A stretch of 43,885 bases of DNA, taken from positions 1 through 43,885 of the IMG/VR virus record IMGVR_UViG_3300031260_000032; one strand, written 5' to 3'. This document shows positions 8,601 to 16,894 of this stretch, in pieces (within the stretch, counting starts at the first letter, position 1; each line of letters opens with the position of its first letter). A program made the position numbers and the translations under genes. The notes under the pieces are model-generated. The model had not been told where the DNA came from, made no database searches, and saw nothing but the letters and a program-made list of their open reading frames with translations. This DNA is from a virus (Duplodnaviria; Caudoviricetes).

Positions 8601-8633
8601 TAAATTTTTATTAAATTTTTAATAAAAATTTAT
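8600..8633. repeat. All-AT 16-bp perfect inverted repeat (operator or UP element)
   Basis: ATAAATTTTTATTAAA-TT-TTTAATAAAAATTTAT. Confidence 0.85.
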
Positions 8634-8885
8634 CTACACACCTTCCTCAACACTTTTGAATTTTGCCCCGCAAATTGGGCATTTGTGGTATCGCTCCCTG
8701 CTCCCTCTGGACCATGGCCGCGTGCAGTAAACGCCCATTTCGCGGCCGTGCAGTTCGGCCTTGCAGACCCTGCACTGGACTCCAGTCACGGGGCTGTACG
8801 TCACGGGCCCCGGGTTGAGCACCACTTGCACGATCTTCCGCAACGCTTCGATGTCTTGCTTCATGCCTTCCCCTTTGGTTTTCAT
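8634..8885 (-). CDS. Zinc-ribbon protein, Ogr/Delta- or NrdR-like; possible late activator
   Basis: CRVC...ERYHKCPICGAKFKSVEE; alternative start 8864. Confidence 0.6.
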   Translation of the reverse strand: MKTKGEGMKQDIEALRKIVQVVLNPGPVTYSPVTGVQCRVCKAELHGREMGVYCTRPWSRGSRERYHKCPICGAKFKSVEEGV

Positions 8886-10774
8886 GCGTGGAAATTTGGG
8901 TTAATCCGCATGCCGGACATGGGTCCGCGCTGCGGTTGTTGCTGGCGCCTGACGACCTTTGTCTGCCGGTAGTCGGGCTGGTGAATGGACTGGCGCATGT
9001 TTGGGGCCCAATCGACATGGGCGCAGGCACAAGCATAGACCTCGCAGTCCAGGTAGTGGTTGGCCCCGCGCGCCTCCCAGGACACGCGGCCGTCCTTGCC
9101 GATGATCTGCCGCTCGGCGCAGATCTGGCGGATGTAGTCCTCGCCCGTGGCCGAGTTGAGCCACATCTGGCCGACCTCGGCCCCGCGCCACATGCGGGCC
9201 TGCACCTGGGCCTTGAGGACATGCGTGTCGAGGATGCGGATGGTCAGGGTGTTCTGGTAGCGCTTTGGCATGTCCGGGTCCTTGCCAACCTGCGAGGCCT
9301 TGACGACCGTGTCCTGGCGGCGGGACGCGCCCTTGACGCCGGAGATGACGTCGTCGTCGCGGTCATACAGCCAGTTCTTTGTCTCCTCGGTTTGCGACCA
9401 TCCAGCTTCCTTGGCCTGTTTGTCCTGGCCCTCCTCGTAACCGCCGATGTCGACGGCCGCCCGCCACAGGGGCATGACGACGTCCTCGCGGCCCTCGACG
9501 GGCCAGCGCGAATCAAGGAGCGTCTCGACGTCGGACCACGTGTCCAGAAATCCGTGCTGCACCAGCCAGGACTCCCCGGCACGGGACCAAGCCCGGACCA
9601 CGAAATAGAAGCCGGTCATCTGCACGTCGATGCCAGCGGTCAGGCACCAGGCCTCGGCAGGCACCTCCATCGGCGGACGATCGGTGATCATCTGCCGGAT
9701 GCGGTCGGCGTCGGTTTCGAGTGCGACAACTTTCCCCGGCATGGCCTTGTGGTTGTTGTCGAACTTGACCATCTCGTCCGGGATGCCTGACTGGTGCGCC
9801 TCGAACCAGTCTGCCAGCACTGCGGACAGCGAAATCTGCGGGGACAGCCAGGAGGGCAGGTGCACGCCGACGATCTCCGGGCGGTCGACTATCGACGTCG
9901 TCACGCCACGACCTGCGGCCACGGCCTTGTTGCGCTGCGCGTCCGTCCAGAGCTCCCCGCAATGCTCGCAGCGGTAGCGGCCAAGGCGACGGCCACGGAT
10001 GACGGCCGGGTCGCGCTCCTGACCCAGGACGACGATATGGTCCTTGTCCATGATCTGGGCGCCGCCGCACACGGGGCAAGCGACTTCCCACTGGTAGATG
10101 GCCTGGGCCTGGCGCTGCATGTCCCGCCAGATGGAGGACTCCATCATCGTGCCGCGGGGCTTGCTGACGCGCATAACTTTGGAGTCGTCAGGATAGCTGA
10201 TGACGCGCTCCTCTTGCGTGCGGGCAGCGCCCTGCTCCTCGTAGGCGTCTTCTTCGTCAATAACGATGACGCGCATGGTCGTGGTTGACATCGAGGCTTC
10301 AGACCCGGACCACATGCCGTAGATCGTTGCCCCCTTGAGGTTGATATGCGTGACCTGCAGGGCGTTTTTCTCGGCAAGATCTGCGGCAAGGACGGGGCTT
10401 GTCGAGTAGTGCTTATGGAGCTTCTCCCGGAATACGCGGCTCAGCGCCTCCTCGGAGCGCATGCCGACGCCGCCCGGAGACGGGTCGCGGTACAGTTCCG
10501 CGGCCAGGCATGCGTATGCGATGGTTGTCTTTGTCGTCTGGCTCGGCGCCACCACAAAAACCTTGCGCACCCAGGGCTTGTCCCACAGGTCCATGATGAA
10601 CGTGGCGTAAGGGCTCTTGGCGTGCTGGAAACAGAGGCCCTTGTCCGGGCCGGTGACAAGTCGGAAATGCTCGGCCGCAAACTCGGCCGTCGAGACCCAC
10701 GGCCTTGACGTCCAGGCCTGCGCCGCGCCTGGGCGCAGGATCGGGACGGAGTTGCGGATCTCGGACCTACGCAT
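8882..10774 (-). CDS. terL: Terminase large subunit, lambda GpA family
   Basis: APSQTTKT Walker A variant, VIVIDEED Walker B, CPVC/CEHC zinc finger, LTAGIDVQ and NHYLDCEVYA nuclease motifs. Confidence 0.95.
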   Translation of the reverse strand: MRRSEIRNSVPILRPGAAQAWTSRPWVSTAEFAAEHFRLVTGPDKGLCFQHAKSPYATFIMDLWDKPWVRKVFVVAPSQTTKTTIAYACLAAELYRDPSPGGVGMRSEEALSRVFREKLHKHYSTSPVLAADLAEKNALQVTHINLKGATIYGMWSGSEASMSTTTMRVIVIDEEDAYEEQGAARTQEERVISYPDDSKVMRVSKPRGTMMESSIWRDMQRQAQAIYQWEVACPVCGGAQIMDKDHIVVLGQERDPAVIRGRRLGRYRCEHCGELWTDAQRNKAVAAGRGVTTSIVDRPEIVGVHLPSWLSPQISLSAVLADWFEAHQSGIPDEMVKFDNNHKAMPGKVVALETDADRIRQMITDRPPMEVPAEAWCLTAGIDVQMTGFYFVVRAWSRAGESWLVQHGFLDTWSDVETLLDSRWPVEGREDVVMPLWRAAVDIGGYEEGQDKQAKEAGWSQTEETKNWLYDRDDDVISGVKGASRRQDTVVKASQVGKDPDMPKRYQNTLTIRILDTHVLKAQVQARMWRGAEVGQMWLNSATGEDYIRQICAERQIIGKDGRVSWEARGANHYLDCEVYACACAHVDWAPNMRQSIHQPDYRQTKVVRRQQQPQRGPMSGMRINPNFHA

Positions 10775-11549
10775 CGAGGGCCCTCACATAGTAGCGTTCA
10801 AGCATCGCCTGTGCCTTGTCTGGATCGCCGCCGGAGCTACGGATGAGGTCGCGCATGGCCAAGAGTTCCGCGTCCTCCCTGTTCGCCTGATATAGCGCCC
10901 ACGCCTCGCGCATCTCTTTGGTCAGCCATTCGCCACGGGCGAACACGTCGAGCGCCCGGCGCAGGTACGGCTTGTACATAGCCACGATGTCCGGCTTGCG
11001 CGCGGCCATCCACGCCAGGAGATCCTCGACCTTTTCCTGGTCGCCACCGACCAGCTCAACGACCTGCGCCGCCGTGCCCCTTTCGCCGCCGACAAGATCA
11101 AGCACGTGTTCGGCCGTAGACCGCACCATGGGAGAGAGGTGCATGCGGATGGCATGACAGAGTTCGGCCTGTTCGCGGTCGACCACAAGGATGTCGACGT
11201 ATTCGGCACGGGCCTTGCGAACCTCGATCTCTTTGAGCTCGGCGTTTGCGTCCATGAGGCGCGCGGACGCCAAGGCCTTTTTGTCTGCGGCCCCTGTCGT
11301 GTCGGGAGATCCAGGGATGACCGGCTTGTCATCGGCAGATGTTTCGGCTGATGGCAGCCGCTTGAGCCTGTGCGTCACGGCGTAGCGGCGCACCTCTGCC
11401 TGGCTGAACCCGCCGCCTTTGCGAGGCGAGAGTTTGTTCTCTTTGACCGCGCGCCCAGGCTGGGCCTTGCTGCACGAATAACCAAGTCCGCGCAGATACT
11501 GCCACACCTGATGGAGGTTCTGGAGAGGATCGGGAAGATGGTCAGCCAC
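10767..11549 (-). CDS. terS: Terminase small subunit (Nu1-like)
   Basis: Directly upstream of terL; N-terminal wHTH-like region; ANAELKEIEVRKARAEYV helix; GTG start 11549. Confidence 0.7.
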   Translation of the reverse strand: MADHLPDPLQNLHQVWQYLRGLGYSCSKAQPGRAVKENKLSPRKGGGFSQAEVRRYAVTHRLKRLPSAETSADDKPVIPGSPDTTGAADKKALASARLMDANAELKEIEVRKARAEYVDILVVDREQAELCHAIRMHLSPMVRSTAEHVLDLVGGERGTAAQVVELVGGDQEKVEDLLAWMAARKPDIVAMYKPYLRRALDVFARGEWLTKEMREAWALYQANREDAELLAMRDLIRSSGGDPDKAQAMLERYYVRALDA

Positions 11550-12012
11550 GCCGCCCCCCATAAACCTGATCGCAATCACTCTTCCACTGGCACCCCGGCC
11601 CAGGCCACACTATCGTTGCGCAATGCCACGAAATTGACCGCTCTTCAGAGCATGTCAGCCTCCCGTCGATCTCCACCAGGCGCAGGCATCCCCGGCAGTC
11701 GGACACAGGGCGCGGCACGACGACGTCCTCGGGCGACCACTCGTCGTCCTCTGGATCTCCAGCAGGCAGCCCGGGAACGGTGGCGAGGCCCTGGACGACG
11801 ATCTCGTCGCAACCCGGCCACAACTCCCGCGGCTCGATGTCGCGGCGGATCTGCCGGTCGGCCAGCTCGGAGAGCAGGGACTCAATCATGGCAGGGAGCT
11901 CTTCCATGGGCGCAGCGTGCAGGGCGGTCACGTCGCGGATAGCGGCGATGCACTGGGCGTGGCGCTGCAGGTCGGAGCGCAGGGCGTGGAGTTCGGAGTA
12001 GGCCGCGGTCAT
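11542..12012 (-). CDS. Hypothetical protein, Cys-rich C-terminus
   Basis: 156 aa; overlapping start/stop with neighbours. Confidence 0.65.
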   Translation of the reverse strand: MTAAYSELHALRSDLQRHAQCIAAIRDVTALHAAPMEELPAMIESLLSELADRQIRRDIEPRELWPGCDEIVVQGLATVPGLPAGDPEDDEWSPEDVVVPRPVSDCRGCLRLVEIDGRLTCSEERSISWHCATIVWPGPGCQWKSDCDQVYGGRRG

Positions 12013-12416
12013 TGGGCGTCCTCCATCAGCCGGTCCACCTCGGCGCGGGCAGCAGTCAGTTGGTCATAGTATGCGGTGTATTCAACGCTGGCCATGTCAT
12101 CCACACACTTCATTCGATTGGTTTCGAGCAAAGCAAAGTACTTCTTCACCGCCTCCCGCAGCGCGTTGTGACGGGTGAGATCATTCCGCAACCGGACAAG
12201 CTCATCCTCTGTGTACGGGAACCAGGTTTCCAGGCTGCTGTCCGAGTCCCATTTGCGCTTGTGGTCCATCGCAGCTGTGATGCGATCAAGCATCTTTTGT
12301 CCTGTGATCGTCAGTCCGCACGGGATACAGTCGAGCGTCGCTTCCTTTCCAAACACTCCTTCATAACAATCAAAATCCAGCAGTCCGCCGCATATCGGGC
12401 ACTTCATCTCGCTCAT
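12009..12416 (-). CDS. Hypothetical protein with N-terminal zinc finger
   Basis: CPICG...CIPCG; ATGA coupling. Confidence 0.7.
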   Translation of the reverse strand: MSEMKCPICGGLLDFDCYEGVFGKEATLDCIPCGLTITGQKMLDRITAAMDHKRKWDSDSSLETWFPYTEDELVRLRNDLTRHNALREAVKKYFALLETNRMKCVDDMASVEYTAYYDQLTAARAEVDRLMEDAQ

Positions 12417-12820
12417 TTCTCCTCCAGTACGCGACGTAAGTCTTTTTCTGCTGCCCGTAATGCTCCAGCCAAGTCGCTTTCACCAAGTACACCGATAGCA
12501 GACGGAAGGTATAATTCCAGCGCGAGTAAATAAATCCTTGCGCATACCTCCAGCTTCGCCACGCGGGCGCGGATGGCTGTCAGTTCGTCAACACCGTCTT
12601 CACCACTGAGAATGACGTCCCAAACGCTTTGCGCGTAAGGCTCGTCTTGGTTGCAGACGATGTAGTAATTATCCTCAGACTTTCCGATAGAGCGCCTGTG
12701 CGCCTCAATGGCGATGCGTACCATGCTCATTGCGCATTTGATATGCGGAGATGTTATCTCCGCTGCGCAAAAGTCTTCATTTTTAAAGACTATGTACTTG
12801 TTTTGTATTTTCTCTGCCAT
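12413..12820 (-). CDS. Hypothetical protein
   Basis: 135 aa; GAGGAG RBS; YIVCNQDEPYA; lower GC. Confidence 0.7.
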   Translation of the reverse strand: MAEKIQNKYIVFKNEDFCAAEITSPHIKCAMSMVRIAIEAHRRSIGKSEDNYYIVCNQDEPYAQSVWDVILSGEDGVDELTAIRARVAKLEVCARIYLLALELYLPSAIGVLGESDLAGALRAAEKDLRRVLEEK

Positions 12821-12821
12821 C

Positions 12822-14621
12822 TCACTCCTCCCCCACCAGCGCGGCCAGTGCGTCGAGTTGCTCAGCGGTTACGTCTGCGACACCGTTTAAAATGCCAAAT
12901 TCAATAGGCTTTTCGTGCCCTGTGTATGGTATAGAACATCGCGCAGTATGTTTTACCCACGCCTCCACTACCGGCCTCGCCGCCTCCTTCAGCGCGGCAA
13001 GCTCGGCCACTACGGTCGCGTGATCCGCATCCTTCGCCCGCAGCGCAGTGGCCATCGTGCGCAGCTGCTCGGCCATCGCCTCAACCTGGTCCCCAATTTT
13101 GCGCATCTGCTCGGCCTGCTCGGTGCGTCCGCCAGCGACGAAGGCGGCCTGCAGGCTGCTGATGGCGCGCAGGGCGTCGACTTGGTATTGTGGCATATTA
13201 AAATCCTCCGCGCGGCGCACGGCCGCGATGTTGCAGTTGGCTCGGACCAGGGCCGCAGCCATAGGCGGACACACGCTGTTGCCGCACATGCGGACCTGAG
13301 CCGTCTTGGTCAGGGGGCGCCCGCCTGCGTGGTCGATCACATACGAATCGGGAAAACCTTGCGCCCGGAAAAGCTCTCTGGGCTGCAGCATGCGCAGGCC
13401 GATGTCGGCAATGTAGTATGGCTTGCCCTCGACATGGACGGTCACGAGGCCGAAGCGGTCGCGCGTGGTGATGGTGTGCAGTGGAGACTCAAGGCGAGGG
13501 TCCTGGTCGGCCGAGTAGTATTTGAGCATGAAGGCGGTCACGAGGCTATGGTGGTCCTTGGTCGTCACTGTGCCAATGGGTTGGCGCAGTGACGAGCCGA
13601 CGACACCCGTGAAGTGCTTTGCCAGAAACGCGGACACCAGGGCGTGCTTCTGTCCTCCGGCCACGATGGTGCCGAGAGGCTTTTGCAGGTCCAGGGAGCG
13701 CGGGGACTGCCCGTGGCGCTCCCCGTAGCCGGTCTGGATGAGCGACGGCACGACGATCGCCTTTTCCCCGCGGTTCGCGCAGGTGATCGTGTTGATCGGG
13801 CTGGCGATATCCTCCAGCCTGCCCCCGTGCGTCAGGTTGACGATGAAGGGCCGCTCGGCCTGCACAACATACCGCATGATCCCCTTGGCGATCCGGCACA
13901 TGGTCGCGTCGGCCAGGGGCCGCTTGCGCTCGAAAATCGACGGACACGGAATCGACCAGTCGATGCAGTCCGCAGCGGTCCGGTAGGGCTCCGAGCGCCC
14001 CGGGCCGTGCGTCGGCTCCGGCCAGACGATCCGGCCGTTGTTCCGCTTGGCGATAAGGAACAGGCGCTTCCTGATCGTGGGAGCGCCGTAGTCGCAGGCC
14101 CGGAGCTCCCGGTACTCGACGCGGTAGCCGAACCTGCGCAGGCGCCTGACGAACCAGCGGAAGGTGTCGCCTTTGGCCGATTCTATGACGCGGCCGCAGT
14201 GGTCGACAGGCCCCCAGCTTTTGAACTCCTCGACGTTTTCCATGGCGATCATCTCCGGCCAGCACGCCGGGACCCATTTGTCCGTGATCACGCACGCCAG
14301 AGATCGGCGCTTGTCGTCGCGATTCGGGGCAGAACCTTTCGCTTTTGAATGGTGCGTGCAGTCCGGGCTGGCCCACAGGAGCGCCACGGGGCGGCCCTGA
14401 GTTGCCCATGACGGGTCAACGCTCCACACGTCCTCGATCAGGTGGTGGCATCCTGGGTGGTTCTGCTTGTGCATGGCCACGGCCTCTGGGTCGTGATTGA
14501 TGGCCAGATCCGGGTCACGGCCAAGAGCCATGCGGATGACTTCGGATGCGCCGCCGCCGCCCGCGAACAGGTCGACGATGATGCCGGGGCCGGCGCTGGG
14601 GATGTCGATTGGGAGGTTCAT
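12822..14621 (-). CDS. Orphan DNA (cytosine-5) methyltransferase with C-terminal extension
   Basis: VDLFAGGGG (I), ASPDC (IV), MENV (VI), RKRLF (VIII), RAQGFP (IX), GNSVCPP (X); no cognate nuclease nearby. Confidence 0.93.
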   Translation of the reverse strand: MNLPIDIPSAGPGIIVDLFAGGGGASEVIRMALGRDPDLAINHDPEAVAMHKQNHPGCHHLIEDVWSVDPSWATQGRPVALLWASPDCTHHSKAKGSAPNRDDKRRSLACVITDKWVPACWPEMIAMENVEEFKSWGPVDHCGRVIESAKGDTFRWFVRRLRRFGYRVEYRELRACDYGAPTIRKRLFLIAKRNNGRIVWPEPTHGPGRSEPYRTAADCIDWSIPCPSIFERKRPLADATMCRIAKGIMRYVVQAERPFIVNLTHGGRLEDIASPINTITCANRGEKAIVVPSLIQTGYGERHGQSPRSLDLQKPLGTIVAGGQKHALVSAFLAKHFTGVVGSSLRQPIGTVTTKDHHSLVTAFMLKYYSADQDPRLESPLHTITTRDRFGLVTVHVEGKPYYIADIGLRMLQPRELFRAQGFPDSYVIDHAGGRPLTKTAQVRMCGNSVCPPMAAALVRANCNIAAVRRAEDFNMPQYQVDALRAISSLQAAFVAGGRTEQAEQMRKIGDQVEAMAEQLRTMATALRAKDADHATVVAELAALKEAARPVVEAWVKHTARCSIPYTGHEKPIEFGILNGVADVTAEQLDALAALVGEE

Positions 14622-14875
14622 GCGCACCCCAACGTGCCCACGCGATGTCTCTGCGCCGTGCGCGGCTGCACTTCTTCGATGGTTATCGACCCGGGCAGGA
14701 TGAACCCGCTTTCCGTCCGCTCAGGCTTCCCGTGGCAGCGCCGCCAGACCTTGTCACAGCCTGTGCAGCGGAAGCAGTCCATGGGCAGGCCGTCCGTTGC
14801 CGCGTCGAAGCCCGTGGCATGGCCGCAGTGGGCGCAGGTGATGGTGATGTGGTCACATACAGTTGGATGAGACAT
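14618..14875 (-). CDS. Hypothetical zinc-finger protein
   Basis: CAHCG...CTGC. Confidence 0.6.
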   Translation of the reverse strand: MSHPTVCDHITITCAHCGHATGFDAATDGLPMDCFRCTGCDKVWRRCHGKPERTESGFILPGSITIEEVQPRTAQRHRVGTLGCA

Positions 14876-15134
14876 AAGCGCTCCATGCCGTCATGACGGA
14901 CTTAGCCAGTTCCTGGTCGTTCATGGCGCGAAGTTCGTCCGCAGAGAACATCCCCTCGCCGCAGTGGTCGGCCTCGCCAACGCAGAATTCCCGCTCGTGC
15001 CCATCCATTGGGCCGGCCACCGGGCCGTGGACATAGTGCCTGACAAAGCGCTCTGCTTCTGTGCAAAGAGCGCAGTCAGGAGATCCGAGCCACGGGCATG
15101 CCGCAGGGCAGGGGCGCTTCAAAAATTCACTCAT
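14853..15134 (-). CDS. Hypothetical protein
   Basis: MSEFLKRPC start with GGAGG RBS and ATGA coupling. Confidence 0.65.
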   Translation of the reverse strand: MSEFLKRPCPAACPWLGSPDCALCTEAERFVRHYVHGPVAGPMDGHEREFCVGEADHCGEGMFSADELRAMNDQELAKSVMTAWSAYVSSNCM

Positions 15135-15331
15135 GCCTCCTCCTCCGGCTGTTCCGTTGCCGGCTGATATTTTGAGATCGTCCCCACTGCATGGGACGAT
15201 GTCCAAGGTTGCGCTTGACTCGCGGCTCTCGCGTCGATCCCCGCGATGATGACGCAGGTCGCGCAGAACATGGCCGGCACGCCGATGACGAGGATGCCCA
15301 GGGCCCAGAGGATGAATTCGAAGAAGTTCAT
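15131..15331 (-). CDS. Small membrane protein
   Basis: 66 aa; N-terminal hydrophobic helix; GGAGG RBS. Confidence 0.65.
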   Translation of the reverse strand: MNFFEFILWALGILVIGVPAMFCATCVIIAGIDARAASQAQPWTSSHAVGTISKYQPATEQPEEEA

Positions 15332-15510
15332 GACCGCCTCCTAGCCTTGCGGCGGTTAGCCCTGGACTTCTGGCTCATCTGGCGTTTACCGATGGTCACG
15401 GACGGCCGCGACGTCGTGACGGGACGCGAAGCACGGAACAGCTTCTGGATTTCAAGATACTCGCCAAGAAATGGAAGTGCGATCAGCGGGAAGAATGGAG
15501 TGGAGTCCAT
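15328..15510 (-). CDS. Small basic hypothetical protein
   Basis: 60 aa; coupled to both neighbours. Confidence 0.55.
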   Translation of the reverse strand: MDSTPFFPLIALPFLGEYLEIQKLFRASRPVTTSRPSVTIGKRQMSQKSRANRRKARRRS

Positions 15511-16391
15511 TATGCCGCAACCTCCCGCCCAAACAACACGGGCACGCGCCCCGGGCCGTGGACGATCGGCTCAAACTTCTTGTCGACCTGGGCGACAAGC
15601 TCCCTGTGCGTCTTCATGATCCCGGCGCCGGAGATCTTGAGCTCCGTCTTGCCGACAAGGCGCTTCGAAAGCGTGAACGTGCCGGAGCCGTCGGGATAGA
15701 ACTGGAACGCCAGCCCGGACAAATCCGGAGCGATATGGACGTCCAGGGATTCGTACCCGGCGAGCTTCAAGTTCTCGACGCACCTGGTTGAAAAGTAGAC
15801 GGCCTTCGGAGTGATGCGCACATATGAGAGCGCGCGTTGCTTGCGGCCCATCAGGGTGTCGTACTTGGGCCACGCGCTGAACGGGTCGAAGACTTCGGAC
15901 TTCGGCGCCTGGGGCTTCACGACTTCAAGGGCGGGCGCTGCTGCGGCCTTGACTTCGGACATGATCGGATCTGCGGTGCGCTTTTTTGCTGGTCTGGACA
16001 TGGTTGTTTTCTCCTGATTTTTCGCCCCTTGCGTGGGCTTGGTTTCAACGATCTTTTCCTTGGGCATTGGAGCAGGCATAGGCACAGGCTTAGGCGCAGG
16101 GCTCACAACAGGGCCGCCACGGCCCTGCGCAACATGGCTCACGCCATCCAGGGGTCTGGCCATGGCCTTCAGCTGCTGCAGCACCAGGCTGCACTCGAGG
16201 CACGGTCTGTACGTCTTCGGGCTGCCCTTGGCGGCGATGTAGCGCGCCACACACTCCTCGGCATTGACCCAGGCTTTGACGCGCTTGCACTGCCAGCGGC
16301 AGCCGGCCGCAAAGGCCTTGGCGCGGAGGTCTGCGTCCGACGCGCGACCATTGATCGGTTGCGGGGATTCAAGATTCGATTGCGTTTCCAT
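15510..16391 (-). CDS. Hypothetical protein (Cys-rich N-domain, Pro-rich linker, beta C-domain)
   Basis: 293 aa; GGAGG RBS. Confidence 0.75.
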   Translation of the reverse strand: METQSNLESPQPINGRASDADLRAKAFAAGCRWQCKRVKAWVNAEECVARYIAAKGSPKTYRPCLECSLVLQQLKAMARPLDGVSHVAQGRGGPVVSPAPKPVPMPAPMPKEKIVETKPTQGAKNQEKTTMSRPAKKRTADPIMSEVKAAAAPALEVVKPQAPKSEVFDPFSAWPKYDTLMGRKQRALSYVRITPKAVYFSTRCVENLKLAGYESLDVHIAPDLSGLAFQFYPDGSGTFTLSKRLVGKTELKISGAGIMKTHRELVAQVDKKFEPIVHGPGRVPVLFGREVAA

Positions 16392-16578
16392 CGCTGGCCT
16401 CCCAGGTCACGTCGACGTCGTTGTCCATTTCGTCGAGCAGGTCGATCTCTTTCGGGTCGACATCCTCGAAACGCTTATTCTCGCCGACAGAAAAGTTGAG
16501 TTGCCCGGCCACCCAGAGGCCAAGCGCGTCGCGCGAGACGTCGACGGGGACGGATACGGTTAAGGTCATTTCAGTCAT
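16369..16578 (-). CDS. Small acidic hypothetical protein
   Basis: MTEMTLTV start with GGAGG RBS. Confidence 0.6.
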   Translation of the reverse strand: MTEMTLTVSVPVDVSRDALGLWVAGQLNFSVGENKRFEDVDPKEIDLLDEMDNDVDVTWEASDGNAIES

Positions 16579-16891
16579 TACCGGCCTCCAATATTTCGTC
16601 GTGCCGCCGCATAAGCTCTTCAAAATCCTGCTGACCGACAGCGTCCCGAAGCCCACAAAGTACCACGTTAACGCGTTCTTTGCTGGGCATTTTGAAATCA
16701 CGGTCAGCTTCCATTTCTTCCGGGCAACTAAGCAGTTTCCTCATCACCCTGATGTCGAAAGTATGATCCCTCCACCTGTACCAGTAGATCATCCCAAATT
16801 GCGGGTACGCATACACTCCGCCAATTTTGACTCCTCGGGACCCAAACTCTGGCAAATTTTTTTCCTGGTCCGAAAATCTAGTGATCAACAT
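16571..16891 (-). CDS. Hypothetical protein
   Basis: 106 aa; GGGGAG RBS. Confidence 0.7.
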   Translation of the reverse strand: MLITRFSDQEKNLPEFGSRGVKIGGVYAYPQFGMIYWYRWRDHTFDIRVMRKLLSCPEEMEADRDFKMPSKERVNVVLCGLRDAVGQQDFEELMRRHDEILEAGND

Positions 16892-16894
16892 GAT

